IMG/VR virus record: IMGVR_UViG_3300022916_000006
Span: 54,746 to 118,745 of that record
Source of the DNA: a virus
Direction: 5' to 3' (one strand)
DNA: 64,000 bases
The notes beneath the pieces were generated by a model, which made no database searches, was not told the origin of the DNA, and saw only the letters and a list, made by a program, of their open reading frames with translations. Made by a program: the position numbers and the translations under genes. Below, one piece after another: positions 23,398 to 34,109 of the stretch; positions within the stretch are counted from its first letter, which is position 1; the number at the start of each line of letters is the position of its first letter.

Positions 23398-26300
23398 AAT
23401 ATCACATTGTATATTTAATTACAGCAAAACACTTTGGAAAGCCACATGGTAGGCTATCATTCTATTTGAAAAACAATACGTGGAGTACGGTGCTAAGTCG
23501 TACTTATCGAGAGTTGGGGTTTCAAGCAGTTGCATCCTTCGACACACGAGATGAGGCTACCACTAAAATGAAAACGTTATATTCCACACATAGGGTTAAA
23601 AATGGTAGAGCTCAAACATTGGTGGTGCGAACTGATGAGATTGAGTCAATGCAGGATGCGTTGTCTGTGATGATCCAATTGTGATGTGAAAAAAAGTCTT
23701 TGTTTATATTATATTATGGTTTTAAATTTCAATCATGAGACAAGAGAAAGAAAACAAAAAAGGAACACACACATGTGTTTGCATCACATGAAGTTAGAGA
23801 AATATCAGAATCTGAATTGATTGCACTATTGATATGAAATATTACATAATACGAAACATGAATATAAAAAAAAGAAGTAAACGTAATCGCACTACTTACG
23901 TGTACGATACTGGCAAAGTAGATAATGGTGCTCGTAATATTCATGGTTTAGTAAATGAATTCAGAGCATATGATAATATTAATTATGCCACCACATATGA
24001 TAATAGACAAGAACCACAAAATATTATTAAACTAGGAAAACTATATAGTGGTAGTGACACTTGGTGGAATGATGCTGAAGTATTATCAGAAGCACAACTT
24101 AAAGCATATATGGTTATATTAGAATTGTGAAACGATATTTGATAATTGATCCACTTGATAATACATATATACTTAAAGATACGAGTGCTATATGGGGAAG
24201 ATCAGTGGATGATGCCGCCTCATTTGATACTAAAGAAGAAGCTAAAATATATTTAAAAAAAATAATATATAAATATGTAGTGCGAAATCAATGTGAACCT
24301 GTTATGAAAAGACATATCATTTTAACAGAACCAGAATTAATTGTGAGGATGTTATGAAATTTTATTACGTAGTTGTTTTAAAGTTATCAGCGACACCATA
24401 TCACAATGCATATTTAGATCGTTATGGGATGTGGCATAGGACCTTGGATGATGATTGTAGATTTTCAAAAAAATATGATGCCATAAGTGTTTGTAAAGAA
24501 CGTTGGTCCATCGCCTGGCATGAGGGTAGAATTGACATCATAACAGAACCAGAATTAATTGCGAGGATGTTATGAATAATAATAATAATAATAATATGAA
24601 GTTTCATATAGTACAAGCAGTTTCAATGATATGGGAACACGCCCCATGTGGAATAGTGTTATATTATTTAGCAGAAGATGCATGGATGGTCGAATATTCA
24701 TTGTTGAAGGACAGTGGATGTTTGATTGCATCGTTTGATTCGCACAATGAAGCTACCGATAAAATGGAATCATTGAAAAATCATGGACATATTTTTAAGA
24801 CAAATGATTCCACGTCACAAATGATGGTGGTGCAAACTGATGAACTTGCTACAATGAAAGATTCATTGGATGTGATGGTTAAATTGTGATATGAAATATG
24901 TTGCATTAAGATTGAAAGATTATATTAGTGATCCTTCTAGATATTCATATATATGTACCAATGGTATGTGGCAATATGATTATGATCCAAAGTTCTGCTT
25001 ATTTGAATCAAAAGAACAAGCAATGAAAATAATAGACTTTCACTGGCCTCATGTCTATAAATCAAAATGTATAAAGTTATTAACTGAGAGTGAATTAATA
25101 GCTTACTTATTATAAAACATATATGAAAAAAAAACATTACATTTTTATAAAGCTTAGAGGAGAAGATCAATATGTTACAACTGAATCAATGTATTTTGAT
25201 GCAGGTGCATATACATCAGATATAAGATATGCTAGAATATATGAATCAAAAAAAATTGCAGAATTGGATATGGTTGGTTTTGGTGAAATTCCAAGAAAAC
25301 ATGAAAGAATTTTAATAATGTCTGAATCAGAATATATGGCTAGATTATTGTGAAACAATATTTAATAGCAACATATATAATTGATGATACCTCATATTTA
25401 TATACTCCAACACGCCCAAGTGGTATGGGTACATGGACAGCTATATCAGAATTAACTATGGATATATTCAACGATATAAATACAAGTCAATCAGAGATGG
25501 ATGATAAAGTGAAGTCATTAAGACACGTTCCAACTTATACTTTTAAGATCATATCAGAAATAGAATTAATGGTGATGGTATTATGAAATATATGAAATAC
25601 TATATAATATATATGTGGGCAAGTGAACCGTCAAACTGGCGTATATGGACTCATCTTGGTACTGATAAACCTCAATCGTTTAAAACTAGAAATAAAGCAA
25701 TGAAGTATATTAATCATAGTATACCATTGAGTAGACATTATAAAAAGGGATATATAAAAATAGTAAATGAAAATGAAGTGGTAGCTTATATATTGTGAAA
25801 CATATGAAATACTACATAATACGATTGAGTAAAGATAACTTTTTTAATGAATATGGATTTATACAACAACATTACGATGAGTTGAGAGTGCTACATTATA
25901 GAACAGTGAGAATATCAAAAGCGACAATATTTAAATCAAGAACAGACGCTCAAAATATAATTGATGCTAAACCACATTATGATGCATTTTGGACAAATAC
26001 TAAAGTGTTAAATGAAAATGAAGTAGTTGCATATCTATTGTGAAACATATGAAATACTACCTACTAGGAATTGATAAAGAACATATAGATAGTGTATATG
26101 TATATACTACCAATAGTACACAACATAAGCGTGTAGATTATGCTAATTGGACACATATAAGATATATCAATGAAGTGGATACAGAGATACCATTACAGAC
26201 GCTTAAAGATGTGATTGATAATATAGATAAATTGAATACAACTGTATACAAATTTAAAATAGTAAGTGAGCCAGAACTAGTGGTAATGATGATATGACCT

Positions 26301-29300
26301 CTAAAAGATATTATGTATATGATCCAATTGATGATTCTATGCCATTTGCCAGTAAGGATGGTCCGTGGAAAGTGTGTATAGAGGAGGTGATACCATTCGA
26401 CTCAAAAGAAGAAACTCAAATGGAATGTGATCGATATAACACATGTTCAAGAAATTATCCACAATCAATAAAAGTTCTAGTATTAACTGAAAATAAAATG
26501 GTAGCATATTTGTTATGAAATATGTAGCATTAATAAAAAGCGGTGCTGGAAACAAACAGTCATATAGTTATATAAGCAATCACGCTAATGCTTACTTTTC
26601 ATTCACTGACGATTGTAAATTCGATTCATATGCAGAAGCAATGGATATAGTTAAGTTAAAATGGCCCCATTCATATGCAGAAGGTTGGATAACAATAATA
26701 CCAGAATCTGATTTAGTGGCATATATATTATGAGTGGTTACTATATATTTGATCCCAATGATAAACTCAGACCATATCGTGGTTCAAACATATGGGTTGG
26801 TGGCATGGGTTATGAAGAAGATAAAAAAAATGAACCAAGAGTTACCACGTTTAAAGATGTTATACCATTTGAATCATATGCAGATGCAGAACGTATTGTA
26901 ATTGAAACGTGTAGTATAAATACTAATGTACGTATTGTAAACGAAAAAGAATTAATAGCTTTGATGTTATGAAATATTATTTAATATCAACTCAAAATTA
27001 TGATGCTGATAATATACAGGTGTTGGTTACAAGTTCAACATTGAATGTAAATTATTGGTGTAGATTGGATCGTATGATGAAGGCTGATTTAGATAATACT
27101 GATATACCAATACGTAGATTGGATTATTTAAAAATAATGTATAGCTCAGGATTTACAAGAAAGATTATATCAGAAGCTGAATTGATGATAATGATATTAT
27201 GAAATATATTGCATTGCTAAAGGATTATGATTCTCCCGTTGACAAGTCACCTAGATATATTTCTAAACATGATGCCGCCGCCTATCCTAATCTAACTGAT
27301 GATTGTAAGTTTGATTCTGATCGTGAAGCAAGAAGTTATGTAGAAACTTATTGGCCCGCTAATTATAAAATAGGGTTTATTGTTATCGTAAAAGAATCAG
27401 AATTGGTGGCATATTTATTATGAAGTTTTATATTGTAAATATTGAACATAATGAAATATTAAGTAATGAGATGCACAATCCAGCAGATGCGTCTCCACGT
27501 TATTTTTGGTATGGGCTTGATGATATTGATGATATTATACCATTTGATTCATATGAGGATGCTCAAGTTGCGGTAAAAAATGAAAAAAAAGCTTGGAAAC
27601 CATTTAGGTATGACACTACTCTATTTAAGATTATAGATGAAAATGAATTAATTGCGAGGATATTATGAAAAAAACAAAAGAAATAAACAAAGCCCTTAGG
27701 AAACTTAATAATTTATTGGATTATGTCAAACTTGAAAAACAAGAATCTCTTTCAGATGATATCATAAAATCTATTGATGTACTTTATGATAAGTATAATA
27801 AAGAAAAAACTCTTGATATGAAATATTACATATATGATCCAAAAGCAAAAAGTGGAAATGCATTTTGTGGTAAATATGGTGTATGGGCAAATGTTAATGA
27901 ATTATGGAGACGCAAGACTTCAGATTACAAAACCATCATTCCATTCCCATGCAAGCGATTGGCATACGATGCCCTAGCTAGATATAGGAGTGCTTGTTAT
28001 TGGGATGGTGGTCATACTTGGGCAAGAGATGCAAAAGTGGTATCAGGAGATGAGTTATTGATGATAGTGTTATGAAGTGGTATATTGTATATAAATCGAT
28101 ATTTCGTGAAGATGGTAATGAGATGATACCGTGGAGAAATGGTTTACACGATGACCACCCTCACCCATTTGCAACAAAAGCTAAAGCTATAGAATATATT
28201 AATACTATGATATTATTAAAATCACAACTTAAATCTGGACATGCAAAAATAATAACAGAAAATGAGTTGGTGGCTTATTTATTATGAACGATCAATCACC
28301 ATATATCATTGTTGTGTATTGTCGAGAATTTAATACACACACACCACAACCAATTGGTATTTATGTTGGATCAAGTGCATCACCAGCAAGGCGATTTAAA
28401 CGAATTGATTCATGTCCAGATGATTTTCCAGATAGCTTATTTGCAGATGCAACCACAAATATTCATTTGTTTAAATTGAAGAGAACTGCAAAAATGGTAT
28501 TGACTAAATTAATCAACAATGGTAAGTTACACATTGAAGATTATAGTTTTAAAGTACAACCAGAATCTGAATTGGTTGCTATGATGTTATGAAATATTAT
28601 ATATACGATCCACATGATAAAAACTATCCATATCGAGGACACTTTAGATGGGTTCATATAAACAATGTACATACTGTAAGACCATATAGTTCATATGAAA
28701 TTGCCCACGCAGATTTATCTGCTTGTAGTGAAGACTGTATGGTTGTTAATGAAAATGAGTTGGTAGCACTACTGATATGAAATGGTATATATACGATCCA
28801 AATGATAAAGACCTACCATATATGGGAAGGAATACAAAATGGTTGGGTGAATTCGATGGAACTCTTACTACACACGAAGACATCATACCATTCAAAACAA
28901 AAAAAGATGCATTACATTATTTACACGATACTAGTGGTTTATATCTAGATGATGATTATTTTATTGTTGTGAATGAATTAAAATTGATTGCATTGATGTT
29001 ATGAAATATTATTTATATGCATATGAATTGACAGGTGATAATGCACCATACTATATTGGTATGTATGGAGTGTGGGCACTTCCTAGAGTTAAAAGTTGGG
29101 CTAGTAAAGAAATATATATGCCAAAAGTGACACCATTTAATTCGAGAGAAAAAGCACAACGTGCATTGTATCGTTATATAAGACTTTATAATGAAAATAA
29201 ACCATTTACTTCATATCGTTGGGCAACTAAAAGTAGGGTGATAACTGAAACTGAACTTGTTGCGTTAATGTTATGAAAAAATATGTTATATATAATACGT

Positions 29301-29500
29301 CCGATAAACACTATCTAAGACATTTTAATGTAGATATTGATGATGTGTGTGAGTGGACACCCAATTATGATGAAGCATTGAATATTGATGATCGGGCTAT
29401 GGGTCAGGGTATGGTAAAAGAGTTGCTATGCCCATGTAAATGTGATGAAATGAGAATTTTATTAATGTCAGATCAAGATTTAGTTGCACACTTATTATAG
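23394..29500 (+). other. MKYY family block 5 (24 CDS starting 23394, 23834, 24127, 24354, 24572, 24891, 25123, 25350, 25583, 25795, 26040, 26294, 26515, 26730, 26969, 27199, 27420, 27665, 28072, 28284, 28589, 28777, 29001, 29273)
   Basis: Head-to-tail run with shared motifs; one internal promoter at 23700-23730. Confidence 0.92.
23700..23730 (+). promoter_or_regulatory. Class A promoter inside block 5
   Basis: TTG-N20-TAAATTTC then a leader ending AAGGAACACACACATG. Confidence 0.65.
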
Positions 29501-29507
29501 AAAACAG

Positions 29508-29539
29508 TTTGATTGTGTCATGTTTTATTCTTAACTTTA
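29508..29539 (+). promoter_or_regulatory. Class A promoter
   Basis: TTTG-N20-TAACTTTA. Confidence 0.7.
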
Positions 29540-29582
29540 ATTAGTTATGAAAGACCAAAACAACAACATTAGGAAATCACAC

Positions 29583-30329
29583 ATGTCAAACACATCAACA
29601 CCAACAATGGGATTCACCAATAAATATTTCACACTGTGGATGGTAAGTGAGCCATATGAACAGTATATCGATAAACACTTATATGTTATGAGAATTGATT
29701 ATACATATAGACAGAATCTTAGTTTTAATGAAAAGTCTGCAACTGCAAAGATGGTTGATAGATTTGGTGATGATTATAACGTAGACTTGGAATTACGATC
29801 TACACAATCATTCTACAGAGACAGTTCAATTAAGAATAACTATCCAGAAGATGTGTTTTCATTTGGTATGTTCTCTGGAGTAAAGTTCAGCGAATGTGAT
29901 GATGTATGGCAGTTGAATCGAGCCAGATCAAGTGAAGAATCTGATGTCAGAAAACAACATGCATTGAATCGATTAATTGAATTGAATGAAGTTGTGAAAT
30001 GTGGTAATGAATATCTAACACAAAAAGAATATGAAAAAGTTATAATTAAAGATAAGATTAAATCACTAAATAGTGGACACTTATATGTTGATGGTAAACG
30101 AATTGAATTGTTAGTGAAAGAAATTGAGTCATTCTCATTTGAGGGTGCTTATGGATCATGTAACGTTATCACATATGAAACTGATGATGGTAATCTTGTT
30201 AAATATGTTGGTGGTGGTTATCCAGATACACTTGGTACTGAGTTTACTAAAATTAAAGCGACCATCAAACATAGTGATTACAATGGTACATCAGAAACTA
30301 AACTACAACGAATTTTTAATGTTAAATAA
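29583..30329 (+). CDS. Hypothetical phage protein, possible C-terminal OB-like beta-barrel
   Basis: AGGAAATCACACATG start; C-terminal KATIKHSDYNGTSETKLQR pattern (fold is inference). Confidence 0.7.
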   Translation: MSNTSTPTMGFTNKYFTLWMVSEPYEQYIDKHLYVMRIDYTYRQNLSFNEKSATAKMVDRFGDDYNVDLELRSTQSFYRDSSIKNNYPEDVFSFGMFSGVKFSECDDVWQLNRARSSEESDVRKQHALNRLIELNEVVKCGNEYLTQKEYEKVIIKDKIKSLNSGHLYVDGKRIELLVKEIESFSFEGAYGSCNVITYETDDGNLVKYVGGGYPDTLGTEFTKIKATIKHSDYNGTSETKLQRIFNVK

Positions 30330-30341
30330 AAGGAATCACAT

Positions 30342-30680
30342 ATGAAGTCCATGAATGCAAAAGAGTTTTTTGAAAACAATTATTATTCACTTGCTGAATA
30401 TGATGAAGGTGGATTTATTGGTATCGATGAAGTAAAAGTTGTCGATCTATTGAATGATTATGCTAATCAACTACCAAAAGAAACACTACGAGATAAATTA
30501 GCAATGTCTGCAATGCATACTAATGTGACCGTTTGGAATTCTCAGTTAAGGGATGATCAACGAAAATTTTGGGAAGATGCACTAACGAATGAATTTGGTA
30601 ATATTCCAATTGAGGAAGCTTTAGCCAAAGATAGTTATAAGATGGCAGATATAATGTTAAAAGCTCGTACTAACAATTAA
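30342..30680 (+). CDS. Hypothetical protein
   Basis: AAGGA RBS; contains an LRDKLAMSAM...SYKMADIMLKAR motif. Confidence 0.75.
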   Translation: MKSMNAKEFFENNYYSLAEYDEGGFIGIDEVKVVDLLNDYANQLPKETLRDKLAMSAMHTNVTVWNSQLRDDQRKFWEDALTNEFGNIPIEEALAKDSYKMADIMLKARTNN

Positions 30681-30776
30681 AATTACCTTAATAACAACAC
30701 AAGGAGATAGTGAGTAGGCAAGAAATACCTACATTGAATTTAGTGGTCATTGTAGGTGCTTACTCACGTTATTATT

Positions 30777-32607
30777 ATGACACGTAAAAATTATTATATA
30801 TATTATCAATGGAATGCACCAGGAGCATATCCACAACATCGATATTGTGGAATGCATGGTAAATGGTTAGTTGGTTGTTATTCTGATAATCTAATTGAAC
30901 CGTTTTCAAAAAAGAAACATGCACAAAAAGCACTTAATCGATATAAAAGAAATGTAATAAATGGTGGTCCACAGGCTGAATATAAATATGGTTGGTCAGC
31001 AAACGCCAGAGTAATATCAGAAGCAGAAATAATTGCAATACTCTTATGAAACACTATTTAGTAGCAATACCAAAAAATTATAACAACAACGTATTATGTG
31101 TTTTTATTCAATCCGATGGTTGTAAAAAAATTAAACTACCACAAGGTTGGGTGGTTGCACGAGATGTAACTACTATAATGTTGGATAATACAAATATGAC
31201 AGACGGTGAGTTACATCAGGTGAGTAAACAATATTCATCCGTACCAGTACATGAAATAAAGATTGTAACTGAAGCAGAGTTGATGGCATTGTTGTTATGA
31301 AGTGGATTATAAGATCAAAAGAACGTGTTAATAATAGAGTACTTTATTATGGTCATATTGGATCACACAGTCGTTGGATTAGTATCGCAATTGGCCTCTA
31401 TAGAGACCCATCATTGAAAATTGCAACACTATTATGAAATTTTATATATACGATAAACAAGATAAAGATTTTGCTGGTATATATGATGAAAATATATTAT
31501 CTAAATATATATCTCATGATTCAGAAATGGTATCTTGGTGTCATATAAAACATGTTGATAAATTAACACCATTCAATTCATATAAAGATGCAAATGAGTT
31601 TGTGAAGTGGTATTCGGACATATATCTAGGAAATGATGATGATGCGGCTCGGCACCAATTTAAAATTATAACAGAAACAGAATTGTTGGTGATGGTATTA
31701 TGAAAGAAAAATATTATATAATATATGCATTTGATGAATGTTGGGAAAGATTGCCAATGTATGATTGGAAGAACGAGAATGAGAATAATTACAAATGTAA
31801 TGAAGATGATTCATTCACAACTCACGCTGAAGCGTTTCATGTTGTGCAATCAAAATGGAAATCATTATTTAGAAGTAAGAGAATAAAAATTGTAACTGAA
31901 TCAGAATATATTGCAACGATATTGTGATGAACATATGAAATACTATATATATTATAAAGCTGATAGTTTTGGTGATCAATGGATTTTAGATAAACATAGG
32001 TGGTCATTGATTGAGACGATTGGTAGAAGAGGATTAACACCATTTGATACTCATAATGAAGCAGAGATACGACTTCGTGAAGCAGTAGAGTTATATGGTG
32101 AATCATACGTTATAACTGAATCAGAATTAGTGGTGATGCTGTTATGACACGTTATTATTTATATGACCCAGTAGATAAACACATAACTGGTAAAGATGGT
32201 GGTTGGCGAAGTGATTATAATTTAGTAAAACCATATAACACTAAACTAGGGGCTGATCTACATGTAGAGAGATTGCATATTGTTTTTCCAAACGTTGAAT
32301 GGATAAATCGTGTTGAAATTATAACAGAAGAACAATTAATGGCAATTAAAGTCATAGAGGAACTATGAATCCTTATTATATAATAATTGATGAGGAGTAT
32401 GAACAATACGCATTTGTATCTGGATATGACGTTAGACCAGGGCAGAGCTATTTAACTTATACTGACATTATAGAAGATGCGTATGAATTCGTATCGAAGC
32501 ACTCAGCTGAAGAAGTATTACGTAAATTGCGTAAAGAATATGCTTATTATAATATGGTAGATCATACCATTGTATCGGAAGCTGAGTTAGTAGCACTGGC
32601 ATTATAA
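30777..32607 (+). other. MKYY family block 6 (8 CDS: 30777-31049, 31046-31300, 31297-31437, 31434-31703, 31700-31927, 31935-32147, 32144-32368, 32365-32607)
   Basis: Shared motifs; 31297-31437 is a shortened 46-aa member absent from the ORF track. Confidence 0.88.
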
Positions 32608-32623
32608 ATACTAAATATAATGG

Positions 32624-32655
32624 TTGCATCGTATTATATTTAATATCTAATTTTC
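32624..32655 (+). promoter_or_regulatory. Class A promoter
   Basis: TTG-N21-TAATTTTC then AATAGTTATGAGA. Confidence 0.65.
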
Positions 32656-32697
32656 AATAGTTATGAGACACACAAATCACACAATTGGAGAAAACTT

Positions 32698-32889
32698 ATG
32701 ATAATGAATACAATGATGGCAGTTAAACTGCATAAAACAATCAACTCAATGCATGTACCAAGAGTACGAAAAAATGTTGATTCACCTTCCACTCTCATAT
32801 GGTTGAGAGACAATTTAAAACTTAAAAACAAATCACACCCAAAATTAAACGAAGCACTAAACATCGTTAAATTATTATTATCAGCATAA
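32698..32889 (+). CDS. Hypothetical protein
   Basis: GGAG RBS after the promoter. Confidence 0.7.
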   Translation: MIMNTMMAVKLHKTINSMHVPRVRKNVDSPSTLIWLRDNLKLKNKSHPKLNEALNIVKLLLSA

Positions 32890-32906
32890 ATAAAGAATAA
32901 ACACAC

Positions 32907-34038
32907 ATGGAAAATAATGAAAACAATGAAAATAATTATTATATCTACATTGAAGAATGGAATGATATACTGGATGCCGATGGACAGTTTTTTAATCTAG
33001 ATAGGGATAAAGACACCTTAGATGAAATCGTACCATTTACATCATATAGTAGCGTTTGTGCAGTACGCAAAGAAGCATACGCTGTGCAGGAATCCACAAT
33101 ACTTACTGAGGCCGAATTTGTTGCATTAGTGTTATGAAAAACAAAATACAAATAAAAGATATGTGTTTCAATTGTAATAAAATCATTGATGTATGTATTT
33201 GTGATCAACCAATTACTGACATACAAGAATATTATAATCATATTCAAAGTAAAACAAAAGTTGATACAGAAGAATATAGACTATATTTAAAATTGAAAAA
33301 TAAATTCAGTGAGTAATAATCTAAATTATTATATCGAATATTTGGATATAAATACGCTTAGTTATACACAACCAATGTATATACGTAGTACTGCTGTAAT
33401 GTCTGATCGTATAACCGATGCTCGTATGTTTGATACTGAATTACAAGCTATTGCATATCGACTTGTATTATATCGAAATGATATGGTTGAAAGATGTAGA
33501 TGTACAATTAAATCAATATCAGATGTTGAATTGGTTGCATTGCATTTATGAAATATTATATCACAAATATTAATACCGTTCATGGTGAACCAGCTACACT
33601 TTATTTAGTATATGTAAATGGTGAACATTTTTGGTCAACATTTATGACAAATGCACTACATTTTAAATCAGCACATGATGCAAATTTATTTATTTTATTT
33701 TATAATCATAATCGCTCTAGTAAACATAAAAAAGTTAATTATAGTGAATATATAATACAATCAGAAGCTGAATTGATAGCTCGTATATTATGAGTCCAGA
33801 ATATATATTCTATCTATATTATGATTCAGGTACGCTACACAGACATAAATATATATCCGATATAAATCGTGAAAATAATGATATAACTATAAGCATGCGT
33901 TTTAATGATTCTATGATATTTGATACGTGGGTGGATGCTTGGAATACTCGATCATATATTTTAAGTGTTGGTAGATTACGTGATAATATATCAGTTAAAA
34001 AAATGTTATTAGCAGAGTATTTAATAAAAATATTATAA
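32907..34038 (+). other. MKYY family block 7 (4 CDS: 32907-33137, 33309-33551, 33548-33793, 33790-34038), interrupted by unrelated ORF 33134-33316
   Basis: Shared C-terminal tail. Confidence 0.85.
33134..33316 (+). CDS. Hypothetical protein with CxxC...CxC
   Basis: ATGA overlap; ends YLKLKNKFSE, with no family tail. Confidence 0.65.
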   Translation: MKNKIQIKDMCFNCNKIIDVCICDQPITDIQEYYNHIQSKTKVDTEEYRLYLKLKNKFSE

Positions 34039-34052
34039 ATTTAAAATAATTG

Positions 34053-34084
34053 TTGTTTCACGTTATATTTTTTTCTTAACTTTA
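34053..34084 (+). promoter_or_regulatory. Class A promoter
   Basis: TTG-N21-TAACTTTA then AGCAGTTATGAGA. Confidence 0.7.
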
Positions 34085-34109
34085 AGCAGTTATGAGAGGA
34101 CACAAACAC

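Noticed and set aside
11585-29500. Array as a CRISPR locus
   Set aside because: Junction repeats are degenerate with synonymous-type variation, spacers are 150-250 bp open frames, and no cas genes are present.
11585-29500. Array as an integron cassette array
   Set aside because: No attC-like inverted-repeat sites between genes (genes overlap directly) and no tyrosine recombinase in the window; an enzyme elsewhere cannot be excluded.
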